A stretch of 64,000 nt of DNA from Azolla caroliniana. Lineage: Eukaryota > Plantae > Polypodiophyta. The notes beneath the pieces were generated by a model. It was given only the letters and a program-made list of their open reading frames with translations, was not told the DNA's origin and made no database searches. The DNA lies in contig JBHGNT010000010.1 of NCBI GenBank assembly GCA_043228905.1, positions 5,456,001-5,520,000 of the forward strand. Reading direction: 5' to 3'. The position numbers and the translations under genes were made by a program. Of this stretch, positions 48,812 to 63,815 are shown piece by piece. Numbering within the stretch: the first letter of the stretch is position 1; every line of letters begins with the position of its first letter.

Positions 48812-49553
48812 AAGGCATATTATACTAGGATAAAGCCCAAGTGATTAATTCTTACCACATGTTTGTTTCGTGCATTACCATAACAGTCTGATCATGAGAT
48901 AGGTTTTCCTCAGTTTTCCCTATTCTTATGATGAGTACTTGTGGGTTAATTTTAAAAGGAATGAGTGTATGAATTGCAATGCTAACTATTAGAGTCTTAA
49001 CCAAAATATAAGAATTTATTGAGCCCAAAAAAAGAAAGAGGGATACTAAACCACCTAACCACCCCTTAGCAATGGCGTTCAAGACGAACCCAAATATCTT
49101 CGATGTTTCGTACCATCAAATGTTGATGCAATTCATACTATGTGTTCTACAAGGGATGCATATGCTTAGCTAACAAGGGCCATAGCCACACTTTCATGAT
49201 CTTAACATAAGTCTAGCCTCATTTGAGAAGAGGTAGCTAGCCTCCTTATATAGGCAGAAACCCTAGGCCCTAATGTGTCCACAATACACATTTGACTGCT
49301 TTATTTGAAGTGGTCAAGTGATAACACACGTAATAGTTATCCCACACCATAGAATTGAATATCACAATTCATACCCTCATTCCTTTCAAAATTAACACAC
49401 ACGTACTCATCATAAGGTTAGGGAAAACAACGAAAAACCTATCTCATGACTAGTTATGGGTATGCACATAACAATGTTCTAGCAAGAAATTCCCATGGGA
49501 AGTATATTATAGCAAAGATAGAAAACAAGGAGAGCTATTTTTGACTAATCACA
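48812..49553 (-). mobile_element. Possible LTR fragment bounding the array
   Basis: Reverse-strand TATA (CCTTATATAGG at ~49244) and a CA terminus at 49553. No convincing TSD. Confidence 0.3.
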
Positions 49554-49749
49554 ATATACGCATTGAACATATCTCACAAATGAAGGTTATCATAGTAGTC
49601 TTTGGCTCTTGTCCTTATGCATGGACTACCAATGTTCTCAATGGGTATTTTAATGTACGTTTCCACGTATACCAATATAAGCATCCCCACATAATTTGGT
49701 GGATGCAACCAAATCATGTGATGGGAGCAATTCACAATAGCAGTTTTGA

Positions 49750-50271
49750 AAGGTGATGTATGGAACACTTAATGAGGCGACCCTCGAATACTTGGTTCAA
49801 TCCACATAATCTAGATCTATGTATGTTAGGTTGGATTGAAAATACATAATGGATGTTTTTTACTTTCAGTGAAAGATATTAGAAATTACAATCTATCAAG
49901 TTCACTCTCTACACTGCCTAGAAGCTATGGTTGGGGTACCTTCTACACCAGGACCATGGGTCACAGCCACAACAAAACCCTTTGACCTCCCACTTCTTTT
50001 CGAGAGGCTTGGATGGAAATGAAACTAGGCCTAGTACAAAGTCATTTCCTTTATCGAATATGTTATACCATAACACGTTTTGTACAATACTAGAACTCTT
50101 TTAGCTTAAGTTCTATTTTTATTTTTATTTGTATTTCGATGGTTGGGTAGGCACCCTATTTTATTGTACACCAATCGTCTCATGGGCCAATTTTTGGCCT
50201 TGGAAGACGTTAGTATATCTTTCTTTCTTTCTCTTGGATCATTATCCACTATTATTTGAATTTATCCAACA
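49750..50271 (+). mobile_element. Probable solo or partial Copia LTR related to the 58063-58585 LTR
   Basis: TTGGC..T..AAGACGTTA.TATATCTTTCTTTCTTTCTCT is shared between ~50195-50234 and ~58482-58524. Ends TCCAACA at 50271. The left boundary is uncertain. Confidence 0.45.
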
Positions 50272-53200
50272 ATCAATGGCTCGATTTCACGATATCTTGT
50301 GAAATCCCCTTGTATGTGTATTCTAATAGCATAAGAGAGAGTTGATGATTGAATTTATAGATCATGTCTGAGTTAAAGGATGTAATGCATGAATGTGCTT
50401 ACATTACAATATGCAAAAAGTGGCCTGAAATTAAGAGATACAACATGCTTCCATAACAAAGACAAAAATGTTTGCCATATATATATATATATATATATAT
50501 GCTAGATAGATATATTTCCTTTGTTAGATTATTTGGCATAGGATGAGGAGCTTGTAGAGATTCAAATTGTTTTTACAAACACATTGGGAGAGCTTCAAAC
50601 CTATCATTATGAACTAGCTCCATTGTATTGGTTGAAGCATGAATTAATAGATAATAATCATTAGATGCATAAATGTTGTCAAGACTTACATGAGTCACAT
50701 GTTATATACAATATGGTAAGGTTACAAGTCAATGACAAATGCATGTGGATCCACAATGAATGGCAAAGTGTGAGGAATATTTCAAACGATGATTTTCTTT
50801 ATCCACCACTTCAAAAATCTTCCAAACTAGGAAATCCATTACTATTTGTTAATATCACAGGTTTGATTTCAGTAATGTTACACAATGTGGCTAAAGATAG
50901 AGAATTGGTAAGATTGTCTTTAAGATTAGGCAGAAGCATTAGCAAATGATAATTTTATGTTTTTGGGAGCCTTAATTTGATTACATCACAAAGGCTATGC
51001 AAGTATTTGAATTGTTTATTACAGCTCATATATGAAGATTAATATGCATAAATCGGTTTTCATCTCATGTACAAAGAGAATTTGAAGGATTTTGGCTAGA
51101 CATGAGAGATAGTGCAATGTGGTATGATATGTCATCACTTAGGTTATATCTCTAATGGGGAACCTCTAGAGTGGATATCTCAACATATTGTAGATAAGTG
51201 TATATATCGGAAATCATAAGCAAGGTCAACTAGTACAATGAATTATGAGTCCTACCATCTCATATTATTTAACGTTATTGCCATGGTCATGTTTTTTGTG
51301 ATACAAGCCATCTTTATAATTTGCAAATGCGGTTTGGACCTTCTACATATAAGCAGATAGGTTTTTTTTACTTCATTGGATGTTTTGATTAGAATAAGAG
51401 CATATATTGTGTCCAAGAAGGTTATATTTTTTTTTTCCATGCCATGTGGAACAAAGATATATTTTATAAACAAATTTTTGGCATGGTGGAGTGGTTTTAC
51501 TCTACACTAAAGTATTTACGAACTCAACATTTGTAAAAAAACAGGGAGTAATTACCTACATGTATGTTTTTTATGTATCGCCTTAGGGTGTTTCTTAATA
51601 TTAACATAGTATCTTTTCTTAGGGAAAAAAGGATATTGAACATCTAGATAGTAGAACCTTAACATGGTTCACAATATGGAAGAGGAAAGGAGATTAGGCA
51701 TTTGTTAGGTGTATTTGTACTCCAAAAAGACTTATTGGGTAACATTGTTAGACCTATATGAGCATAGTCTTGAAGATTATGTTTTTTTTTCATAAATAGT
51801 AATTCTATTAGTTACAAAATGAGAACTAGAATTGATGGGGGTGCAATATTAAGTGAATCCCATCCAATTCCCCATTATATCCCTCAACAATTTATTCCTA
51901 TAGATGGACTTCTTTTTCTTTTCTTTTATTTCCAAAAAGATTTCCTTCATTAGTATTTAGATGGACTTATTCCATCATGTTATCTAATTGCCAATGCAAA
52001 TGGTAGAAATAATTTCCTACAAGCCTATAAACATCTATGCGATCTTGGTCAACCTTCAAGAAGTCTCCAACAAGGGGAATTGCTAGACAAATATGCCTTT
52101 TAAGCATCAAATGTGTTCCTAAACTCCATGTGCAACATACATTTCAATTATGCCATAATCCCCAATGTTGGAGAAACTCAAACACAAATTGAAATTGTTG
52201 ATGAGGTTGTCCAATCCCACCTTGACAAACACCCATTGGAAAGTGTGGGTTCAGCATTGCAATTAGGGAATCCCACAAAATCAATATAAATAACTAATAA
52301 ACCTATGGACATTATGTTCCTTTGCAACTATACAAAAAAGGTAAAAGCACAAAGTGACAGTACTTCATCATTAAGCAACTCCTTGGTAATCCACCACCTT
52401 TGTTTCAACAGAACACAGGAATGTCATTTTACTAATACCATCCTCTACCTCTAGATATTGAAACTCTTGATTCCCTTTTCTTTGTTAATTGGGTATGATG
52501 TGTATGTGTGCTTACTAATAAGGTGGTTTACACCATAGCTTCAAAATCATAAAATTGAGAACCCAAGTTTGATCCTTGGCATGGGCTAGGCCTTGTCCCA
52601 TAGATCACAATCAATCTCTCGTGGACATTAAAAGATATCTATAGATTTCCAATATTAATATCATCCATGTACTATAGATACGTATGACGAGTCATCAGTC
52701 ATCTCTCAAGAGTTTTTAAATGAGAAATCGGAGAGAATCTCCCTTTGGGTGTGTCCAAAGGGCAATGCCTTTTTCATTGTAAGTAGTTTTCATTTTTATA
52801 TCCATTAAATGATACAATGATTCAATTGTTTATTTGTTCCCATGTCTCTCACGAAATGATGTCTATCATTACATTAACTAGTTTGATCATTTGGTTGTTC
52901 GCCTTCTCCCAGTTAATAATTTCTCTCATATTAATTCGTCATACACCTCTTCATTGTAATGCTCTCAAGTGTTCCACTGTATTTTCTCTCTTACTAATTC
53001 CATGAAAGTTTTTGAAACATCTTACCTATTATTTTGCCCTATTGTACAAATTGTCAAAAACATTTACCTATCTAATATATGTTGAGGTTTTTCAAATTTA
53101 TATATGTATACCAAATCTATGACAATATGTCAACAAATTATCATGACACATATCAATGGAATTCCAAAAAACATTGGCTCTCATTCTTTATTTATATCTA

Positions 53201-54229
53201 ATTACCTCTTCAATATTTCAAACATACGATTCCTAAGATCATCTAGATGCAAGGTTTCATGAACCTAGGGGAACCATCATGTCAGTCCTTCGTTTTGCAA
53301 AACATATGCTAAGCTTTAAGCATGCTACAACCTTCACAATTTAAATGCAACATATCAATAAAGCCATAGAGTTCCACTTGACAAGCTTTTCCATCATGTA
53401 CTTGTTGAGAGCATGCATTGACATCAATATTTGGTTGTAAAATAGAAATAAAAAAAGTCAACCCTCTTTGTCCATTTGAATCCCTCACAACATCTTTGAG
53501 AACATAACGACGTGGACAAAATAAATTTGTTATATCAAAGAAACATAAATCTAGGAGCCTTCCTTGCATTTAATCCCACCACTATCTTTTGAACATGATA
53601 TTGACATATTTGAATACAACATTTTGGCAAACCATCGGTGTGAGGCATCATTCCTTTAGGATTGGAATCATTGTGACAAGTCTTATCCATGGAATTCACT
53701 TCACTTGTAAAGTATATCTATTTATAATCCCATATTTATCCTCTATTTCCAAATATCTAACTTGTGAGGTTGAGCAAAGGAAAAGAGAGATGAAAGTAGA
53801 GTGAAGGGACACATTGTTCAATAAGGTGGGAGAAGAACATAGACAAAGCATTTTTTACTAGATGGAGGAGAAATGCAAGAGAGTTGAGTAGAACAACAAT
53901 TGAGTTGCATGAGAGGGGATAAGAGGGAATTAGAGGGAGGAAAATTGTTTTATTGTGTTATTTCATTTTACATATCTTAATACAAATTATAACATATAAA
54001 AATTTATGTTCTAACAATCTTATAAAAAATTTGCTTATCGAGTTTTGGGTAGTTTGAATTTTGTTGCTAAAAACGAAGGAAAGAACCAAAAACTTGCTTT
54101 GTGGCCATCGAAAAACATCGCTAACGAGTTCTATCAGTATGGATTTGTTCGTTATTTCTTCTTTGCAATTTCACATGGGAGCCCAAAGGTCTCACCCTCA
54201 CAAACTACTAAATTAAATTTTAAAAAATA

Positions 54230-55023
54230 GCAAGATTCGCTCCTTAGCTTTTGCAAGTTAAAGGGAATGTCACACAGAATCTCAGGCAATGTGGATTTTG
54301 CTATGCAACGCCGGAGACTACTAAGCATGCCCTCTGGTCTTGTCCCTTGGCTCAGCAAGTATGGAATAAAATTCTTTCTTTATTCCTAACAATCAATGTT
54401 GGTTGCTTATTCTCATGGGGAGCAACAGTGTGGGGAGTATTACACTCCAGCCTTATGTTGTATGAGGCAGATGATATACAAGAGGCCATGACGGCATATA
54501 ACAGAAGATTGATATCAGTTAGTCCGTTTCAGCAACCTCGAAAGCAAAATGCGATCTGTCCAGATCTGGAAAACTGTGACTACGATAACATTATGGGTAT
54601 TATGGAAATGTAGATGCAGTCGACTTTACGATGCCGCAAAGCTTGGCATTCCAGAGGTATTGCTTGAGACATGGGAAACATTGTTGACAGTAGTTCGTGG
54701 GCAGTATGATAACATGGTTGGTTCTCCATAAAATATTCATAAAAGAAGAATGAAGCTTCTTCACTTATGGAGGAAGGTGCCTCTCTTTGTAATGACAAAC
54801 CAAAGACCCCAATGGAATTATCATCTTCCATGGACCTTTTCTTGATATAAAACCAACATGTTAATGTATTGTTTAAGGCTCAACAACCCTATATAAGCTG
54901 TTTTTGTATGTACAAGTTTAGGTGTACATACATTACGTTGTAAACCTACGGGCAGATAACTTTTACTTGTACTTTCTCGATGTTTTAATACTATTGAAGA
55001 AAATCTTTCAACGAAAAAAAAAA
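54230..55023 (+). mobile_element. 5'-truncated L1-type LINE, 3' end
   Basis: zf-RVT-like CGFC...ETTKHALWSCPLAQQVW and the downstream LWVLWKCRC motif. A-tract at ~55014-55023. Confidence 0.75.
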
Positions 55024-56387
55024 GTATGCGAAGAAAGTCTCCACCCCACTTATGGGTTATGGCCCACAAGGTTGACTCCAAAATTCAGCATCTTCTTTGA
55101 GCACCATATAAAATACATTGAGTCTAGTCATTTTGTGAGCCAACAATACTACCTTTGAGCCCGTCATATCATATATTTGCCAAAAATACAACCCAGGACA
55201 TACTTCTGGTTACACATTACCCACCCCTTCCTTTGTTGTCTTCGGTTTCAAAGATGCACAAATGAAATAATAATTAAGAATAAATTATGGCCAACCACTA
55301 CAAGCTTTTTCACAACAATATTGATGATGATTTGCCATGGATATTTACATTGTAATTTTTATAGAGCAAATATAAGTAAAATGCAGCAAGATAACCAATG
55401 GTTCTTGAATATATGTTCCTTCTATTTGGAACTCTTTAACGCTCTCCTTCACCTACCCCAACAATTGACTTATGTTCTATTGGTTGTTTGTGTCATGATG
55501 TAAATCCATTGTGTCTAATTCAAGGTTTCTAGTTTTGTTAATATATTGCATTTCGCTACAAATTGTCATGAAGTTCTATTTACCATTCCTTGGCTAGGAC
55601 TTTAAGAGAATATTGGTAACCTATACAACCAATTAGGGCTATTCATAGCATGGGCATCACTGAAGTCATTTTGTAGGATTGATATATTGCACTATAATAC
55701 CAATACACACAAACCTAGTATATATACATGGAAATGAGATGGGAATGCATTCTCCAATCAATAGGGAATATGTTCTCTAATCTATAGCACAATGCTCCAA
55801 TGAAGAAAAGTTTTCGGCAACATTCCACTTGGCAACATTCCTTTATCTATGTGCTGCATATTCTTATCAAAATATATGGACGCCAATGTCTTTTTGATGA
55901 TCAATCATAGAGATTTGAGACATATTTGACGATAAATTTCAAGAGATGTAGCCTGTAGGCAATTCAAAAACCAATAGTAGAGAAGTTGGTACAAATAATG
56001 CAACACACTTGTATGCACAACAATTTATATTTAAACCCAATGTATATATATTACAACATAGGCGTGATTTATATTTAAAGCCCAATGTGTATTACAATGT
56101 AAGCATCTGTAAAATAATTTTCTGTTGCATTGTGGGCTGACATTTGAGGTGTCCTACTAGTAATATAGATACACTAAACAAAAGGAAACGAGTAGGAGTA
56201 AAATCTGATGCATTTTTTACAGATCATAAAGCATCATTGCTTAAGTTGAACAATGTAAAATTACAACAATGATTTTACATGTGATAGGAATATATTCTTA
56301 AGATACATAAAGACTTTGAAGGAATTATGCATTAGCATTTTCCTGACAACGTTAAGCAAATTAATATCGGAAAAATAATTGTAAGAG

Positions 56388-56523
56388 TCAGTGTGTAAAA
56401 CGAGACACCAATTTCCATAGAGCACTTCGTGAACATTTCAGTTTGATTCTTTCCAAGCGGTTGATGATTTGCATAAATGTCGGTCTTTTTGCTGGATCTT
56501 CATTCCAGCATTCTTGAATCAAT
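56388..56523 (-). CDS. ILK/Raf-like protein kinase, last visible exon (subdomain XI)
   Basis: AG acceptor at 56524-56525. Reads LIQECWNEDPAKRPTFMQIINRLERIK...WK. Stop at 56388 unless spliced to a further short exon. Confidence 0.85.
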
Positions 56524-56892
56524 CTGCAAAAACAAAATGTTAAATATGTTGGAAGACAAATAATGGTTTTAATAATAAGCTGCAAGATTAATAATAAATA
56601 GTTTATGAATGTAATAAGAAAACGCGCAACAAATCTTCAGTGGATTATTGGCAAATCAGGACCCTAACTTGAATGGGCATCAGATTTGTCAATGTAATGT
56701 TTTAAGGATGTTGGCATGAACTGATTTGCTTGAGTACACGAGGATACTAAGCCTACTGAATATCATGAAGATGCCGCCTCTCAAAATGATTAAAAAAATC
56801 ACAGTAAATGGTGATATAAACCATACATGAGCCAATCATAAGAAGCAATTATCATCGACAAAAATAACTATGAGTTATCCAACATTACTTAC

Positions 56893-57017
56893 TTCTTTAG
56901 GTCTCCCGGATAGCTTAATGATGATGCTTTGAAGGGTGGCCGCATTTTTTTTTCAGCATATGCACCTGGTACTTTCTCATTGGCCATTCCATGCATGGGT
57001 GGAACCCCCTCAATCAT
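56893..57017 (-). CDS. ILK/Raf-like protein kinase exon (subdomain X)
   Basis: MIEGVPPMHGMANEKVPGAYAEKKMRPPFKASSLSYPGDLK. Bounded by CAG and GTAAGT, and in phase with neighbouring exons. Confidence 0.88.
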
Positions 57018-58062
57018 CTGTGCTTTTGCAGAAACAGAAAAGAATTTGCATTAAGTACAAGGTTAACATATATCAAAATTCAGAGGCATATCCAGACATG
57101 AATCAAAGAATTAATGAAGGGCCAAGGAATCATTCAAGTGTGTGAGTTACTGGCTGCCTACGTATGCTGACAATACTACATGTGTTCACGTGCATATGTA
57201 AGGATTGGACCTGAAATAAACCATGCATGCAACTACTCCAAGAAACATAATATAAGAAATATGATCCTTATCATCCCAAGGATAAGCCAAAAAACATCTT
57301 TCACATTCTGCAACTGACACCTTTCTAGGTAATGTAGGTCAACTACTCAACATCTTCCAGAAATCTTACAAGAGAACATCAAATATACTAACTAGTGCTT
57401 CTAAATTCTTTTGTGCACCTGAATGAAATTTCATTGACTTGTATCAATATCATGATAAACAACAATAAGATTATCCAAGAATCCTCAATGATAACTCTTT
57501 ATTTTAAGTCTCAAACTTGTCAGGAACCTCAAAGAAAACTGTTTCCATTATGGTAAATTATAAAATGCAGAAAAAGCTATTCTACCATGCACAATAAGAT
57601 CATGTTATACTATATGGAGGCATATGAAGCGAAACATGAGCATCTAATATCCTAAAGTGTAGAGTCCCTCAGACAATACTAAATCCACAGCTGGCCAATC
57701 AGACATCTAATACAAAATGGTGCACATGCTCTTGTGAATAATGAGGGTGAGAAGATGGCACTATTATGCCTTTGTTCAGACAAAAGATTCACAATCATAG
57801 GTTTATTTGAGTTTATTCTGATATGGAATGAACATATAACAAACAAGAGTCACCTCAATAAAAACTATTTAAAATATATGAAGCAGTATAGTGGTGTGAA
57901 CCACTCGACAAAAAAAATGAAGAAGAGGCTGCACAGAGAATTAGAATTAGAATTAGAATTAGAATTTTTATCATCCATAAAGAGGTCAATTTTGACCTCA
58001 ATTGTTTACTTTTTTCCCTTAACATTACATGGCCTCGCCGAGGCCACAGAGAGAGAGAAAGT

Positions 58063-61000
58063 TATTGGGGGGATAAAGACCACAAGGTCTCTCCTTATGT
58101 ACACAATGACCTTCCATTCTAGTAACTCTTTTCTGATTCTTTCTAGAGATATTTTGCTTACTTCTACATGCATTACAATTTGATCCTTTGGCCTTTGGGC
58201 CACTTGGACATTTTTAACCTGTTCACACTGTTCAATTGGCAAATTGTCTATAATAAAATGATGACCCAAAACCCCAGTTTGAGGCTAAAATTTGTATGAC
58301 TTCTCTCTAATATACCTAACTTGAGGATCTCACATGTGCCAAAAACCAGATTCCCTCATTTCTTTTCTTTTCATGTTATTTACTTTTATATTTACTGTGT
58401 AATATTTATTTTATTTTGATTTGTTCTCAAAGACGAGACAAAACTTAAGATGTAATCTCTTATTTGGTCTTATAGGCCATTTTGGCATCTTAAAAGACGT
58501 TAATATATCTTTCTTTCTTTCTCTGTCACCCTCAGCTTGCTAGCCCATATCTCTTTCTCCCACTCATGTACACCAACTCCTTTCAACTGGTATCAGAGCC
58601 TTTAGATTTCTTCATGGTACAAGGTTTAATAGGGTTTAACAATCATTTTCAGAACTGAACCTCAAATGTACCCCCAAATCAAGTGTGAGAATACGTTTAT
58701 GCATGAGAATCTGTTGGCAATTGCTAGAACTTATGACAGCAGGTTTTTTGGTGCCTTTTTTTGGCGGGCAACAATAAGTTTTTGCAGATCTGCACACACT
58801 GCAAAATTGGGCATTTCTACCCTATTTTATTTTTAGTGCACTACTTTGTAGAACAGTACAACCTGACATTTTGCAGAAAATAACCTTTTTCCACATTTCC
58901 CCCAAACTGATTTTAGAGCTCCAAGCAAAGGTCTTAGTCATTATTGTGCCGTAGCTTTGCAAGAAGTTTGCCAAATTTTCAGCATTAGAAAAATTAGTAG
59001 TTTTTTATATTCATTTACAGATTGATTTTCTGTAATTTTTGGGAGGTTTCAAACAATTTCCTCTAGCTCTACTGATATCAGAATCTCTTTGAGAAAATGA
59101 AATCCAATGATGAAAGATAAGATGGAAGGGCAACTATTTCTAAAAGATTGTGATAATGCAATCGGAGCCATAGCTGGATGGTATAACAGATGATGCAAGC
59201 ATTACACTCAACAAGAAAGAGATAACATACATTAAGTTGTCTATGTTAGATGAGATCTTCGTAGATCTCAAGGATGTTACCACTGGGCATATGTACCAAT
59301 GAGATTCATACACCTGTTAATCAAGTGCATCTCATGAGCAAGTTGGTCACTGTTGAAATAATGGGTCAAACAGTATTGCTAAACACATTAATGTATTTAC
59401 AGGTATATTATCCCAGTTTCAAATTCAGGTTTATCTACTTTCAATGACAAATTGAAAGCTATTTTTTTGCTTATGAAATTGCCCATTCTTGAGAGACATG
59501 TGGTGATATTTCTATTATTGAACAACCCCAAGTTTACATTTGGAAGTGTTAAGAGGGTCAATCCTAAATGAAGAAATCTGGTGGAAAGCAAGTGCTGAAA
59601 GCAATTCTTCAGCTCATATGGTCATAGGAAGATCAGAGAAGAAGGGAAATGTGGAGCAGAAAAACAAGGGCAAGCACAACGCTACACAATCTGATGCAAT
59701 ATGCTATCAATGTGGTAGGAAAGGTCACAAGAAGCTAGACTCTAGATACAACAAAAAGGAGCAAGAAAATTGGAAGAACGTGAATGACAAGAAGCATGAT
59801 TACAAATAGCTCTAAGGTGGATGCAAGATATGCAAATCATGCATTGCTTACTATTAATGATGCATCAAATGAAACTTACAAATCTTACTAAGGAGTCTCT
59901 TGCCACTTTCATGCAAGAAATTATGGTAAAGTCTATTTCAGCTGTTATCAAGCTTGCACTATTTATGGTATAGGCTCACTGGTGGCTGAGAACTTGCAAT
60001 GTACGTTGTCAGTAGACTTCTACTCTTAAAAGTGTCTATTCTTCGTTGGTCAGATGGATGTACATGGATATAGCACCACCTTCGAGAGTGAATTACAAAA
60101 ATTGACACTGCATAGCTTGCAAAGAAAGGCATTACGAGGCCAACTTTTGTTGTTGCAGAGATTGATTCTCACTTGGAGCTTTATGCCAGGGACATGTGAA
60201 CCAAACGATTAATGAGAAGGGTACTAAAGTTAATTTTGGTAATGATTGTCAATTTCGAAAACAAGTGAGGAATTCCTATTAATCTCATATGAATCACAAG
60301 CAAAATCATTTGGATCTTGTGCATTCTAATATTTGCAGCAAGCCTACTATATCCACGAGGGTGCTTTATATTTTATTTCTTTTGTTGAGGATTGTTCAAC
60401 AAGAATTTGGGCTGCTAAATAGCAATTACAAAGCCTTTGCTGCATTTAACTCTTTTCCTGCATTCATGATCACATGAAAAAATAGAAAATCAAAATTGCC
60501 ATGGACAGACAAGGGGGTGAGTTTTGAGTTTAGAAGATTTTCTAAGCTACATGGTGAAAGAGGGAGGTAACAGACCGATACACCCCTTATTCTAATGGCT
60601 TGGCTGAAAGAAATGTGAGAGGGTATGACATATGCTATCCAAAGCTAATCTCCAACATGGATTTTGGATAGAGGCTAATAAAAGCACAGTACATATATGC
60701 AAGGTGGCATCCTAAGGAGGTTTCGTCTGACAAACAAGCCTCATATGACCATCCATGCATCTTTATCTGTCATGTATATGTGCACATTGGCTATGGTGAG
60801 GACGGGGAAAAGGGCTATCAGCTATGGCTATCACAGCTTTAAAAGGTTGTCTTTAATGAGTCTGACCTGTTTGAATCTTATTGTGCCTCTAAGAAACATA
60901 GAAATAAGGCTAGATTTCAGAAGATGGAACCACAAAGGGCTGAAAAACAGCCAGAAGATGATGGGCAGCCATTACATGCATCTGAAGGTCATGAACAGTC

Positions 61001-62600
61001 ATAGACCAGCTTAAAAGAGCCTTTCCCGTGAAAGATTTAGGCCCAGCTGAACATATCTTGGGTATGAGGCCAAAGAGGGAAACGCAGCTGCTGCTGCTGT
61101 TTGTATCCCAAGAAAGGTACATTGCAAAGGTGGTTGAATGGTTGAACATGAATGACACAAAAGCATTAAATATACCCTTGCCGCCACATGTCAAATTTGA
61201 CCAAAAAACTGCCCAAAAGATGCTGCAACAATCAATTCAATGATAGGGTTTTAACCTATGTTTCAGCTTGTTCTTTGTTGAATGCTATGGTTGCTACAAG
61301 ACCAAACATTACATATGCAGTGGGAGTTGTTATCAGGTTCATGGATAATCCTAGCTACACACATTTGCAAAGCCATTAAGTCAATTCTGAGATAATTAAT
61401 GGGGATAAAAAACAAACATCCATGTTATGAACAGGTCCATAGGAACTACATTCATTTTGTGATTCTGTTATGACACGTTATGTGGATAGATGCAAATTTA
61501 ATAGTGGATGTGTATTTACACTTACTGTGATGCGGATGCATACAAATCCACTAGTAGATCCGCATTTACACTTACCAGTGTAGTTCACGCTATTCTAGAT
61601 TGCAGTTGATAAATCCAATAGTGGACATGCATTTAGACTTACAGGTAATGCAGGTTCACTCATGGTATTCAAGATTGCAGATGGACGCGTCCATTGGAAT
61701 TACACGGATTCTGTGACTCTAATATGGCAGGTGTCGATACATATAAATCCACTAGTAGATATGCATTTACATTTACGGGCAGTGAAGTTAATGGTATCTG
61801 CTAGCAGATTAGCATTTTCATTTACCTGGATTTGCTAAACACAAATCTACTAGCCGATATACATTTGCACTTAGTGGCAGATTGTTGCATTATCTACCAT
61901 TGAGGCCGAATAAATTTCAGCTGCTAAGGCTTCCAAATAAGTTGTTTGGTTGCCATGGCTCTGCAATGAACTTGGTCTACCTGAGAGGACACTTGTCTTT
62001 GGTTGGGAAATCTAGAATGCCATATGTCTAGCTAAGAATGCCATGTTTCATGCACACAAAACTCATTGATGTGCATTACCACTTCATCAAGGAGATACTT
62101 GAGGATGGCCTGATCTCATTGGTCAAGGTCAACACATCACAGAATCCTACAGATGCTCTCACTAAGTGCCTCCAAAAGACACAAAATCAGCATTGTATAC
62201 AGATGATGGAAGTGTAGGCCCTTTATGTGGGAGGTGGTTGGGCGTGAAGGCCGCAAGGACTCTCCTCATGCAAAATTAACTTGCCTCCTAGTGGCTCTTC
62301 TTTGGAGCTTTCTAGAGATATTTTGGTCACTTGCACAAGCATGCTACTTTGATCTTTTGAGCTTCAACCAACCTAGAATGTATACAGATAATGGAAGTGT
62401 AGGCCCTTTAAGTGGGAGGTGGTTGGGCGTGAAGGCCGCAAGGACTCTCCTCATGCAAAATTAACTTGCCTCCTAGTGGCTCTTCTTTGGAGCTTTCTAG
62501 AGATATTTTGGTCACTTGCACAAGCATGCTACTTTGATCTTTTGAGCTTCAACCAACCTAGAATGTTTAACCTGGTCACACTGACCCACTTTAGTAAAAT
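58063..62600 (+). mobile_element. Old, heavily decayed Copia element in the kinase intron, antisense to the gene
   Basis: Perfect Met-i PBS TGGTATCAGAGC at 58588-58599. Zinc knuckle CYQCGRKGHKK, LDLVHSNI, KDLGPAEHILGM and MVATRPNITYAVGVV. PPT-like AAGTGGGAGG at ~62410. LTR starts near 58063 and 62420 resemble each other. The ends are approximate. Confidence 0.8.
62194..62563. repeat. 185-bp tandem duplication covering the pol end, PPT and LTR start
   Basis: 62194-62378 and 62379-62563 are nearly identical. Confidence 0.92.
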
Positions 62601-63023
62601 GATGTCCCAAAACCCTAGTCTTGAGGTTCAAACTTCTATGCGCTCTTTCTGACTCCCTCAATTGCCTGCACAAATATATTTCTCACATACACCTGGTTTG
62701 TCTGGGCTCAACACCTCTTTTCTGAATTTACATCACCATATATAACTCTTTGCATTTATGGTTGGCAACATCTCACCTCTAAAAACTTTGTGTGTCTTGC
62801 CATCACATGAAAACGCTTTGTGCCCATAGTTTCACTTTTTGATGGTAACATTCCATAGACAAAGTATAAAAAGAAAAATTAGTAGTTACTAGTGATTTCA
62901 ACATCAGTGCATTATTTCAGGGTTCCCATTTGTGGGCTGTAGAATATTTTCGTATCATCAATCACCTTTATTTTTACTAGAATGTATTAAAACCCTGCTA
63001 AAATATCATGCTATTATGCATAC

Positions 63024-63109
63024 CTCCTGCAAAACAAGTCCAAAGGCAAAGACGTCTACTTTCCGACCATATTCTGCATGCAAATAAACCTCGGGTGCCA
63101 TGTAACGAC
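63024..63109 (-). CDS. ILK/Raf-like protein kinase exon (subdomains VIII-IX)
   Basis: (C)RYMAPEVYLHAEYGRKVDVFAFGLVLQE, bounded by TAG and GTATG. Not in the ORF track. Confidence 0.9.
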
Positions 63110-63815
63110 CTACAAAACATTATCTTAACTGGTATCAATATAGGTTCAACTGAATTCAATGAAATTTTATCAGGAAAGTGGCAAAATGACTACCAATAAG
63201 CTTTAGTCAAGTAGCATTTTGTGCAACTGCAGACATATTTCTGACATATCTATATTCAGGTAGAACACACACTGTTATGTCCTTAGCAATTGAACAGACT
63301 ACTCCTATGTTCTTTCAGAAGAACTAGAAAATTTCCACAATGTTTTCATACTGAAAATGGACCACTGGATGTGGTTTCCATCTGTTGCAGCCAACTCATT
63401 TCACATGCATTTTGGTTCTTTTATCATAAGTAAAACATTTGCATGACATTACCCATCAAAGTGTGCAATGTAAAATTCAGGGCTAATTCGGTATGTGAAG
63501 TTGATCACTATTAATTAAGGCGAGGCATTCTAATATTTAAATGTCTAAACTTGCAGCCTGGTACCATATACATGCATTGACCACACTGTATAGTTTACAC
63601 CCCCCGGTATCTTTCAAATAACAGCAGAAAGGTAAATGCAAGAGATTTCCCAAACTCTAAAACACTACAAATAAAAAATGCATTGAAACCGGTTCTCTGC
63701 AAGTATAGAAGTGGCATTTCATGTACTATAGTAGCGAATGAGAAACAGAGTTTTGGATTGAAAAAGAAATGAAAGAGATCATATCATAATAAAATGACTA
63801 ATGGTGGATACTTAC

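Noticed and set aside
52510-52620. Possible tRNA-derived SINE head (AGTTTGATCC B-box-like)
   Set aside because: The A box is poor and no tail or TSD was identified.
52000-53800. Possible decayed DNA-transposase fragments on the minus strand
   Set aside because: Only vague motifs (WWIT..., GIP...) with many stops, and no TIR or TSD found. A translated HMM search is needed.
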